64,000 nucleotides of DNA from NCBI GenBank assembly GCA_047601445.1, contig JASGJH010000001.1, positions 160,001 through 224,000 on the forward strand, in the 5' to 3' direction. The notes below the pieces were generated by a model, which did not search any database, was not told the origin of the DNA, and saw only the letters and a list, made by a program, of their open reading frames with translations. Positions 56,442-64,000 of this stretch are shown piece by piece; positions within the stretch are counted from its first letter, which is position 1; each line of letters opens with the position of its first letter. The DNA is from Myxococcales bacterium (GTDB taxonomy: Bacteria; Myxococcota_A; Polyangia; Polyangiales; DASUME01). The translations under genes and the position numbers were made by a program.

Positions 56442-57157
56442 GCGAGGCCTCCGTTGATTCCGATGACCTGGCCGGTGATGTACGCAGCTCGAGGGCCCGC
56501 TAAAAACGCGACCAGGTCGGCGACTTCTTCCGCCTGGCCCAGGCGGCCCGCCGGAATGTGTTTCAGGATTTCTTCGATCGGTGCACCAGCGATCATGTCA
56601 GTCTCGATGAGTCCAGGAGCCACCGCGTTCACGGTGATGCGGCGCTTGGCGAGCTCCTTGGACAAAGATTTGGTCGCCCCGATCAGGCCCGCCTTGGCCG
56701 CAGCATAGTTGGTTTGGCCGCGGTTGCCGGTGACTCCCGATACGCTTGCGATGTTGATGATGCGCCCGTATTTGCGGCGCACCATGGGCATCACCAGGGG
56801 CTTGGTGACGTTGTAAAAGCCGTCCAGGGTCGTGCGGGTCACGGTGTCCCAGTCTTCCCAGCTGAGCGAGGGCAGGGGGTTGTCGCGGGCGATGCCGGCA
56901 TTGTTCACCAGGACGTCGATGGGCGCGGGATCACTCAAAAGATTCTCGAGCGCGCTCTGGGTGGCCTCCCGGTCGCGCACGTCGAAGCGCGCGAGCACGG
57001 CCTTGCCGCCCTGGGCTTCGATCTCGGCCTGGACCGCCTGGGCCTGCTCGTCCTGGGAGCGATAGTTGAGGATCACCGTGTGCCCGGCCTTCGCCAGGGC
57101 CTTGGCGATCGCTGCGCCGATTCCCCGGCTTGCCCCCGTCACCAACGCGCGATTCAC
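56438..57157 (-). CDS. fabG: 3-oxoacyl-ACP reductase
   Basis: TGASRGIG, NNAG, YAAAK. Confidence 0.9.
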   Translation of the reverse strand: MNRALVTGASRGIGAAIAKALAKAGHTVILNYRSQDEQAQAVQAEIEAQGGKAVLARFDVRDREATQSALENLLSDPAPIDVLVNNAGIARDNPLPSLSWEDWDTVTRTTLDGFYNVTKPLVMPMVRRKYGRIINIASVSGVTGNRGQTNYAAAKAGLIGATKSLSKELAKRRITVNAVAPGLIETDMIAGAPIEEILKHIPAGRLGQAEEVADLVAFLAGPRAAYITGQVIGINGGLA

Positions 57158-57594
57158 GGAATAACTCCCCCTGGCAAGGCGCGTCGATACACGCTGAGCT
57201 GGGCCTTGGCCACCGACTGACCCTCCAGCGCCACCGAGCACTCGAAGGAAGCCAACTCGTCGTCTCCCCAGACGCGCTTCGCCTCCACCACCAGCTGGTC
57301 GCCGACCTTGAAGCTATCGACCTCGAAGGTGGCCTCCGGGATGGCGATGAGGTAGCCGGGGCGCACGTTCTGCTCTTTGCTGCGGTCGAAGATACCCACC
57401 AGGGCGCCCACCGTCTGGGCCATCCACTCGATGCTCACGACCGGCTCCACGGCGCCATCTTCCACGAAGACGTGTTCCTGGCGTATTTCGAGTGCACAGC
57501 GAATCTCGTCGCCCTCACGGAAAAGCACGCGGTCGAGCCACAGCATCGGAGCGTCGTGGGGCAAGAGCTCTTCGATCGGCAAATACGCGGTCAC
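57154..57594 (-). CDS. Hotdog-fold 3-hydroxyacyl-ACP dehydratase (ApeP-like)
   Basis: LLPHDAPM, IEWMAQT. Confidence 0.85.
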   Translation of the reverse strand: MTAYLPIEELLPHDAPMLWLDRVLFREGDEIRCALEIRQEHVFVEDGAVEPVVSIEWMAQTVGALVGIFDRSKEQNVRPGYLIAIPEATFEVDSFKVGDQLVVEAKRVWGDDELASFECSVALEGQSVAKAQLSVYRRALPGGVIP

Positions 57595-58388
57595 CGCGCG
57601 ACCTCCGCCGTGGGTTCGCGCGTCGCGGGGCGCAGCGCGCGGAGCTCGACGCACCAGGGCTGAGGACCTTCGCCGAGCTGCACCGTCTCCGTTCCGGCGT
57701 TGGCCAGCGTCTGGGCGAGGAACATGGCCGGACCGAGAGGATGATTCGGACCGGCGAAGGGGTCGCGCAGGCTGCTTTGCTCGCGCGACGCGCGCTTCAG
57801 ACGCGACAGCGTGGCCCGCGGCGGGATGGTGCCCAGGGTCTGCGAAAGCACGAAGGCGACGCCGACCGGACCGTAGACATGTGCGTCGCTCAGCGAACGC
57901 GGAATCAGCTCGTCTGCGAACACCAACAAGACCCGCTTTTCTCCAGCCAAGAGTAATGCCTGAGCCTCCAGGAGGCCCATCGCAACCGTGTCCCAGCCAG
58001 CGGCAATGGCAGTAGAAGCGCGGACATTGTGGGCGCTGATGGAGAGCAGACCGGGCGCGGCGTTGTGCACGCTGTGCCGGAAACGGGCCGGCGATGAGCC
58101 GTTTTCGGAGACGGCCAGATCCATCAAGGCCTCGGCCGTACCCAGCTCACCAAAGGCCGAAGCGAATACGATGTGCAGATCCTCGGCCGACACCGCCGCG
58201 TCGTGCAGGGCGAGCTGAGCCGCGTGCATGAACAGGCGCGTGACGTCGGACAAACCCCGGCGCAGGCTGCGCTCGAGCAGGCTCAGGTCGAGCTTGGGCA
58301 GCTCAGCCGCGGGACCGTGCGGGAAGTCCGCCAGACTCTCGTAGGAACTCACGGCGCCGAAGCCCTCGATGTAGAGCGTGTCGTTCAT
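57591..58388 (-). CDS. Ketosynthase chain-length factor
   Basis: VFASAFGE, SPARFRHSVHNA, GLLEA; no catalytic triad. Confidence 0.85.
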   Translation of the reverse strand: MNDTLYIEGFGAVSSYESLADFPHGPAAELPKLDLSLLERSLRRGLSDVTRLFMHAAQLALHDAAVSAEDLHIVFASAFGELGTAEALMDLAVSENGSSPARFRHSVHNAAPGLLSISAHNVRASTAIAAGWDTVAMGLLEAQALLLAGEKRVLLVFADELIPRSLSDAHVYGPVGVAFVLSQTLGTIPPRATLSRLKRASREQSSLRDPFAGPNHPLGPAMFLAQTLANAGTETVQLGEGPQPWCVELRALRPATREPTAEVAR

Positions 58389-59557
58389 GTCGCCGCCAGA
58401 ATGAGTCCGGTGTTGCTGCCGCCGAAGGCGAAGGCGTTGCTGAGCACGACCTTCACCTTGTGGCGGGCCGGAGCGCGCACCACGTGAATTCCCAGCCCAG
58501 GATCCAGCGGCGTGGCGCCGGCGCTGGGGGGCAAGAACCCGTGCTGGATGGCGAGGGTGCAGAACGCAGCCTCAGTGGCCCCGCAGGCCCCCAGCGTGTG
58601 TCCCGTGAGGCCCTTGGTCGAGCTCACGGGCACAGCGCTGCCCAGGGTGCTCAAGATGGCGCGGCTCTCGGCCTGGTCGTTTTGCTCGGTCCCCGTGCCG
58701 TGTGCGTTTACGTAGTCCACTTGCTGGGGGGAGAGGCGCGCCTTCGCGAGCGCCGCCTGGATGGCCTCGGCTGCACCCTTGCCCTCGGGATGCGGAGCGG
58801 ACATGGAGTGCGCGTCCGAGGTCTCGCCCACGCTCGCCACGTAAGCCGGACCTTCGCCATGGCGCTCCACCAGGAGCAGGGCAGCTCCCTCGCCGATGTG
58901 GATGCCGTCGCGCTCGCTCGAGAAAGGGCGGGCTGCCTGCTTGGACAGCACGCCCAGGGAGTGAAAGCCGCGCACGGTGGTCTCGCACAGCGCGTCGGCA
59001 CCCACCACGAGCGCGGCATCGCACAGGTTGGCCTCGAGCAAGCGCGTGGCGCTCGCGATGGCTTTCACGCTGGACGTGCAGGCCGTGGAAACGGCATAGC
59101 TGGGGCCCGTGAGCTGCAGCACCCGCGCGAGCAACACGTTGAGGGCGTCGAAGGCGTGGGCGGTGCGCAGGTTGAAGCCGGCGGCGTAGGTAGAGGTCTT
59201 GCGGAAGTGGCGGTGAGCGAGCTCGGTGGCATCGAGGCCGCCCGTGCTGGTGCCCACCAGGATGGCGACCCGGTCGGCGCCCCAGCGCTGACGAGCGCGC
59301 GCGACGGCGGCGCTCACCTGAGGTAGCGCACGCATCACGATGCGGGCGAGTCGCGAGTCGAACTCACGGTCGGCCGCGGGCAACGCATCGAGCGGACCTT
59401 GCACGGCGCCGCAGACGGTCTCGAATGGGAGCTCGAAGGGCGGCGGCGACGTGCGCGGGCGTCCTTCGAGCAGAGCCGTCCACACCGCGTCGACCGAATC
59501 GCCGAGCGCGTTCGAGAGCCCCATCGCGGTGATGATGTGCCGCCGTTCCGCGAGCAT
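58385..59557 (-). CDS. Beta-ketoacyl-ACP synthase
   Basis: STACTSS, NAHGTGT, TGHTLGACG, SNAFAFGG. Confidence 0.95.
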   Translation of the reverse strand: MLAERRHIITAMGLSNALGDSVDAVWTALLEGRPRTSPPPFELPFETVCGAVQGPLDALPAADREFDSRLARIVMRALPQVSAAVARARQRWGADRVAILVGTSTGGLDATELAHRHFRKTSTYAAGFNLRTAHAFDALNVLLARVLQLTGPSYAVSTACTSSVKAIASATRLLEANLCDAALVVGADALCETTVRGFHSLGVLSKQAARPFSSERDGIHIGEGAALLLVERHGEGPAYVASVGETSDAHSMSAPHPEGKGAAEAIQAALAKARLSPQQVDYVNAHGTGTEQNDQAESRAILSTLGSAVPVSSTKGLTGHTLGACGATEAAFCTLAIQHGFLPPSAGATPLDPGLGIHVVRAPARHKVKVVLSNAFAFGGSNTGLILAAT

Positions 59558-59673
59558 TGGCGATTCGACGTAGCCCACTGGGGACGGCCGTTCAACCCCA
59601 CATGAGGCCGCGAATGCCCACCTGGGCCGGGCTTTCGGTTCGATGTATAAGCGGCAAGCGAAGGAGCAAAAAC

Positions 59674-60219
59674 ATGGGCTTACGAGCTTTTCTTGCAGTG
59701 CTTGCGCTGTGCGCGTTTGGGGTGGTCGGGTGTAGCCATTCGGCCCCCGTAATCAACCCTGACCCGATCGCCGCCGCGGCCACGCCTGAGACGACGGAGA
59801 TGGCCATCCTCGATGTGCTGCCGAGACGCCGCTGGACCGCCGAAGACGTCCAGCCCGGACGCATCGTCGCCTTCCTGCCCGTGAAGTCGCACCTCGTGCG
59901 AGTCGAGATTGCCTACGACCAGAACCAAGTTCGCATCAACTACCTGAACTCGGACGGCCTGGGTGAGGAAGAGGGCCCGGACGGCCAGCTCTACGCCCAC
60001 CGCAACGTCAACAAGTGGCTGCGCGTGCTGTCCCTCGATATCGCGCGCGCCCTATCGGCCACGGCCGCGGGTGCGCCCGTGGTTGCCGGGCCCGCGCCTG
60101 CCGCGGGTGGTGAACAGCCCGTCGCGGCGCCGCTGCTCGGATCGGCACTCGAGCAACCCGCGCCTGCTCCGGCCGGGGCGCAGCCGAGTGCGCCCGTGCC
60201 CGTGGCTCCGGCGAAGTGA
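59674..60219 (+). CDS. Lipoprotein
   Basis: AAGGAG RBS, lipobox VVGC, HRNVNKWL motif, Pro/Ala-rich tail. Confidence 0.8.
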   Translation: MGLRAFLAVLALCAFGVVGCSHSAPVINPDPIAAAATPETTEMAILDVLPRRRWTAEDVQPGRIVAFLPVKSHLVRVEIAYDQNQVRINYLNSDGLGEEEGPDGQLYAHRNVNKWLRVLSLDIARALSATAAGAPVVAGPAPAAGGEQPVAAPLLGSALEQPAPAPAGAQPSAPVPVAPAK

Positions 60220-60778
60220 GCTGATTTCAGTCCGACTCGGTTCGGGTGCGTCGCGCTTCATCTCCCGGGAATCGACGCTCGAGTCAGTCAGGACGGAAGG
60301 TAAGGCGGCGCGACGACCTCGTGAGTCCGCCCCTGCGCTCCTCGCGCACGCCTCACCCTGTGAATCCCGTGCCGTGCGTTCGCGACGCAACCTCGAAGCG
60401 TTGGTGTCGACAGCTCACCCAACGCGAGGTGGCGTCGCGGCAACGTTCTCCGAACCTGAGCCACTGCGCTGGATTTCCCGATGCGGCATCGAGGCTCCGG
60501 ACGCGCTGACCAGAGTTTCAGCGCACCCGAGCGCGACCCCGACGGGCGACCCAGCGATACACGGCGCGAACTGACGGCTCGGCTCTGCGTCCTGGGGTGT
60601 CCGCGCGCCCTCTGGGCGTGCACTGGGCGTTTTTGCGCTGGACGTACGTTCCATGAAGGGGGAGAAATCGCAATCGAGCCTACGTAGTAGTTGTACGGCG
60701 GGGACTGACCCTGCTTTGCCGTTCTTTGCGTTGGATGCAGGGGTCTGCATTCGACACGTCGCTACGCGGAGCCACGAA

Positions 60779-62290
60779 ATGTCCAAAATGCGTGCAGGGG
60801 TGATGCTTGGGCTCGGGCTAATGGCAGCCACGGGCTGCGGCTCGGACGGCCAGGACGAGCAGCCCCTGGTGCCAACTCAGCTCGAAATTCGCCTTTTGAC
60901 GGACCTGGAACCCGGCACGGAACTCGACCAGGTGCTGGTCGAAAGTCTCACTGAATCCGGCGAGCGGATTCCCGGCCTGCACGCGTTTCGTCTGGAGAAC
61001 TGCGGCTCGACCCTCGGTGGAATGCGTTTTCTGGGATCTTTCGGGGTGGCGAAGAACGAGCGTGACAGCGTTCGGCTCCGCGTCCGTGGCGTGGGACCCG
61101 GAGTGGGTGGCCCGGCAACGGACGTAGTAATTAACGAGTTTGGGGCTCAGTTTCTCCCCGGCGCCCACGAGGTTGACGTGGTGCTCGCGCGCAGCTGCTT
61201 GAAGCACGAAGCATGCGCGGAGGGGCAGAGTTGCTCGCCTGCTAGTGGCCTCTGCGAACCCATTCGGGTGGAGACCAAACCAAGGTCTGTTGCCACAAGC
61301 GAGGACGCGGGGGGTGGATGTCTGAGCGTGATCCAGCTCGACGATCTGTGTACGGACGCCGACGGTCGGTGCCTGACAGGATGCGAGCACGCCGACGACT
61401 CGGACTGCCCAAAGCTATTGGGCGAACCCTGCGCGGGCCCGACGGACTGTGCCTCGGGCCTTTGCCAGCAGGAGCATTGTTGCGATGCGGCCTGCGACGG
61501 CGTGTGTTCTCGCTGTGACGTGTCCGGCAGCGAGGGCACTTGCAAGGCCCTGGACTACAGCGCTGCCGACGACGTGAACAACTGCGGCGCGTGCGGTTCG
61601 GTCTGCAGTTCATCGCACGTGGCCCCGAGTTGTACGGGTGGTCAATGTGATGGCGCTTGCGCCGACGGTTACGCCGACTGCAACAAGGACAAGCGAGAAG
61701 ACGGATGCGAGGTGAGCATCCTCGACGCCAAAAACTGTGGCCAGTGCGGCAACGCTTGCACCTACGACTTTTGTGATACCCAGGCCCGTGATTGCGTGTG
61801 GAGCTTTCGAGGAAATTTCGACAGCGCCGCTAAAGTCTCCCTGGTTCCGAACGTGCTTCGTTCGAGCTCCATCGCCATCGGCCAACAGGGGGTCGTACGG
61901 GCGCTCGGGGTACTCGTTTCCTCCGAGTTTGCCGGGGCCAAGGTGCGCTTGGCCATCTACAAGGAAGACTCGCTGGAAGAGATCCCGTCGGAGCTAGTGG
62001 TGCAGACCCAGCCAATTCTCGTGGAGGATTCGTCCAAAAGCGGCATGGCAGCCGTGGCCGGGGCACTGCGCGTGGAGGGACCCGTGACACCCACGGTCCT
62101 CAGCGATACGGACTTCTATTGGGTGCTGCTCGAGGTCAGCGAACCACTCCAGGTCTTGTCGTCCGAAACGACCGCGGCTTGGGGAGGTACACCTGATTGG
62201 ACGTTTGCGGACTTTCCGATGGTTGCCCCAGCCGTCGAGATGGAGGTCCTTCCGATGCTTTCTGTCTACGCGATCATGACGCCCCAGTAA
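60779..62290 (+). CDS. Myxobacterial-type cysteine-rich lipoprotein
   Basis: Lipobox ATGC, repeats DVNNCGACGSVC / NCGQCGNAC, CCDAACDGVC. Confidence 0.8.
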   Translation: MSKMRAGVMLGLGLMAATGCGSDGQDEQPLVPTQLEIRLLTDLEPGTELDQVLVESLTESGERIPGLHAFRLENCGSTLGGMRFLGSFGVAKNERDSVRLRVRGVGPGVGGPATDVVINEFGAQFLPGAHEVDVVLARSCLKHEACAEGQSCSPASGLCEPIRVETKPRSVATSEDAGGGCLSVIQLDDLCTDADGRCLTGCEHADDSDCPKLLGEPCAGPTDCASGLCQQEHCCDAACDGVCSRCDVSGSEGTCKALDYSAADDVNNCGACGSVCSSSHVAPSCTGGQCDGACADGYADCNKDKREDGCEVSILDAKNCGQCGNACTYDFCDTQARDCVWSFRGNFDSAAKVSLVPNVLRSSSIAIGQQGVVRALGVLVSSEFAGAKVRLAIYKEDSLEEIPSELVVQTQPILVEDSSKSGMAAVAGALRVEGPVTPTVLSDTDFYWVLLEVSEPLQVLSSETTAAWGGTPDWTFADFPMVAPAVEMEVLPMLSVYAIMTPQ

Positions 62291-62316
62291 CCAACAGCTG
62301 CAAACAGGAGAAGACC

Positions 62317-62676
62317 ATGGCCTGCACACTCACCGTGGGTAAACCGACCGCACCCAACATGCGCATCAGGAGCACCGATTCGTTCACCGTGCCCATCACG
62401 AACAGCGGCGACGACCGCGTCGACGTGGTGATCAAGGTTTACCAAACGGACCCCAGCACGACCTCCATACCGGTGGCTCGAGTCGGGGCCAAGCAGGGCT
62501 TTACGTGCTTCAAAGGCACGTTCAACTACCCCGTGGGTTGGGCGGGAGGCACGGAGCTCCGCTCTGTCGGCTTGTTGGCACGCGTGAGTGGCACCGGGTG
62601 CGCATTCAACCCCAATCAAACGCCCGACCAGGATCCCTGCGCCGAGGCCAACGCGACCTTCATCGTGGGGGGCTGA
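62317..62676 (+). CDS. Hypothetical protein
   Basis: AGGAG RBS, 119 aa, beta-rich. Confidence 0.7.
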   Translation: MACTLTVGKPTAPNMRIRSTDSFTVPITNSGDDRVDVVIKVYQTDPSTTSIPVARVGAKQGFTCFKGTFNYPVGWAGGTELRSVGLLARVSGTGCAFNPNQTPDQDPCAEANATFIVGG

Positions 62677-62678
62677 CC

Positions 62679-63317
62679 ATGGAACACCTTCGGCCGAAGC
62701 CCAAGAGGACCTTCTTCGCGTTTGCCGCAGTCAACCCGCTGGCCGATGCCCACGACACCGAGCTACGGATTTCGCACATCCTGCCGGGGACCCCGCGCTA
62801 CGAAACGTTCATGAGCGAGGCCCGGGTGCGCACCTACCTCGAGGAGCGCGGCCTCAAGCTCTCGGTCGGCGACGTTCATATGGTGCACGGTCGCGAGCGC
62901 ATCATCGCTCCCGAGGCGCGCTTCGTCGACCCCGAGGAGGACCTCAAGGAGCCTGAGGTGGCGGAGCACCACGACAAGCTGCGCGCCAAAGCACCGACCA
63001 AGCTCAACTACCGCATGCGCCTCGGGGAGCTCGCCGCGCACGAGGCGGAGGCTTACATGGCGGCCCCGAGCGAGCGTCCGGAGGCCACGGTGATCAAGCA
63101 TGGCGAAGTGATCATGCCGGTGAACCTCGCCGCTGGCGAGCAGCGGCAGTTCATCATGAGCGCGCCCATTCTGCGCGACGAGGGAGAGGCCTACGCCATG
63201 CGTGTGGACCACTACGCGCTCCTGAACGGCACGGAACGCTACATCGGCGGATTCAACGTGCTCTTCGTGCCAAAGGAAAAAGAGCCTCCCACGACTCCCC
63301 TCGCGCAGTGCAAGTGA
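62679..63317 (+). CDS. Hypothetical protein
   Basis: 212 aa, starts 2 nt after previous stop, host-like codon usage. Confidence 0.75.
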   Translation: MEHLRPKPKRTFFAFAAVNPLADAHDTELRISHILPGTPRYETFMSEARVRTYLEERGLKLSVGDVHMVHGRERIIAPEARFVDPEEDLKEPEVAEHHDKLRAKAPTKLNYRMRLGELAAHEAEAYMAAPSERPEATVIKHGEVIMPVNLAAGEQRQFIMSAPILRDEGEAYAMRVDHYALLNGTERYIGGFNVLFVPKEKEPPTTPLAQCK

Positions 63318-63321
63318 GGTG

Positions 63322-64000
63322 TCAGCTCAACGCCTCTGCCAGCTTCTGCTCCATCTCTCCGATGAGCTCCGGACTCACGTCCAGAGCCGGCATGAAGCGC
63401 AGCACGTTGGGCCTCGCCGCGTTCACCAGCAGGCCGAGCTCGAAGGCCCGGTCCCGCACGCGCTCGGCGCGCGCCTCCGGGAGCACCATACCCCAGAGGT
63501 GTCCGTTACCCCGGAGTCGGGCGCTTGCCTGATCGCTCAGTCTCCGCAAGGCGTTCTCGAGGTACTCGGAGCTCGTCTTGCGCAGGGCGCCGTGAAACTC
63601 GGTGTTCAGGGTGTCGAACACGGCGATCGCGCCGGCGCACATGAGGGCGTTGCCGCTGAAGGTTCCGCCGTGGTCTCCATGGTCGAAGCAAGCGACCTCG
63701 CCACGCGCCAACATGGCTGACACGGGCAGCCCTCCGCCCAGGCCCTTGCCGAGCGTCATGATGTCTACGCGGATGCCCTCGCCTGCGTGGGCGAACATGG
63801 GCCCAGTGCGCGCCATGCCGGTCTGCACTTCGTCTGCAATCAGCAGCAGACCCTTGCGATCACAGAGCGCCCTAACTTCGCGTAGGTAGCCTGCCGGTGG
63901 CACCACCGCCCCCGCCTCGCCCTGGATCGGCTCCAACATCACGGCCACCGTGTCGGGTCCAATGCCCGCTTCGAGCGCGCTTACGTCTCCGAAGGGCACC
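63322..64000 (-). CDS. argD: Acetylornithine aminotransferase, class III (5'-partial)
   Basis: EPIQGEAG, DEVQTG, TLGKGLGGG, HGGTF, VLRFMPAL. Confidence 0.85.
   Translation of the reverse strand, partial: VPFGDVSALEAGIGPDTVAVMLEPIQGEAGAVVPPAGYLREVRALCDRKGLLLIADEVQTGMARTGPMFAHAGEGIRVDIMTLGKGLGGGLPVSAMLARGEVACFDHGDHGGTFSGNALMCAGAIAVFDTLNTEFHGALRKTSSEYLENALRRLSDQASARLRGNGHLWGMVLPEARAERVRDRAFELGLLVNAARPNVLRFMPALDVSPELIGEMEQKLAEALS

Overview
High-GC bacterial DNA, most likely Myxococcota (Polyangia-like; inferred from gene content). It falls into two parts. (1) 1-23.9 kb is accessory DNA stacked at the 3' end of the tmRNA gene. It holds the tail of a TcB-TcC/Rhs toxin with a frameshift-hidden MafI-like immunity gene, some gene relics, and a ~14.9 kb integrative element bounded by a 25-bp direct repeat of the ssrA 3' end (8987-9011 / 23895-23919). 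The element has a tyrosine integrase, excisionase-like HTHs, Prim-Pol, an AAA_25 helicase and an XRE repressor, but no virion genes. Its cargo is a tightly coupled HerA-like ATPase / NurA-like nuclease / amino-DNA methyltransferase operon (best candidate for an undescribed defence system) and a two-gene DUF6575-like module. (2) 23.9-64 kb is chromosomal backbone: ssrA with a divergent SspB-like gene, a candidate sRNA, a CRP/FNR regulator, argE-argA, a HelD-like helicase, an RlmI/K-like methyltransferase, a SWIM-SNF2 helicase, a bimodular NRPS (predicted Cys-Gly), an aryl-polyene-like type II FAS/PKS cluster containing a METTL9/DREV-like methyltransferase, lipoproteins and a partial argD. At least six single-base frameshifts fall in the accessory part, mostly in short base runs, so they may be sequencing errors. 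All family assignments are from motif recognition, not database searches.
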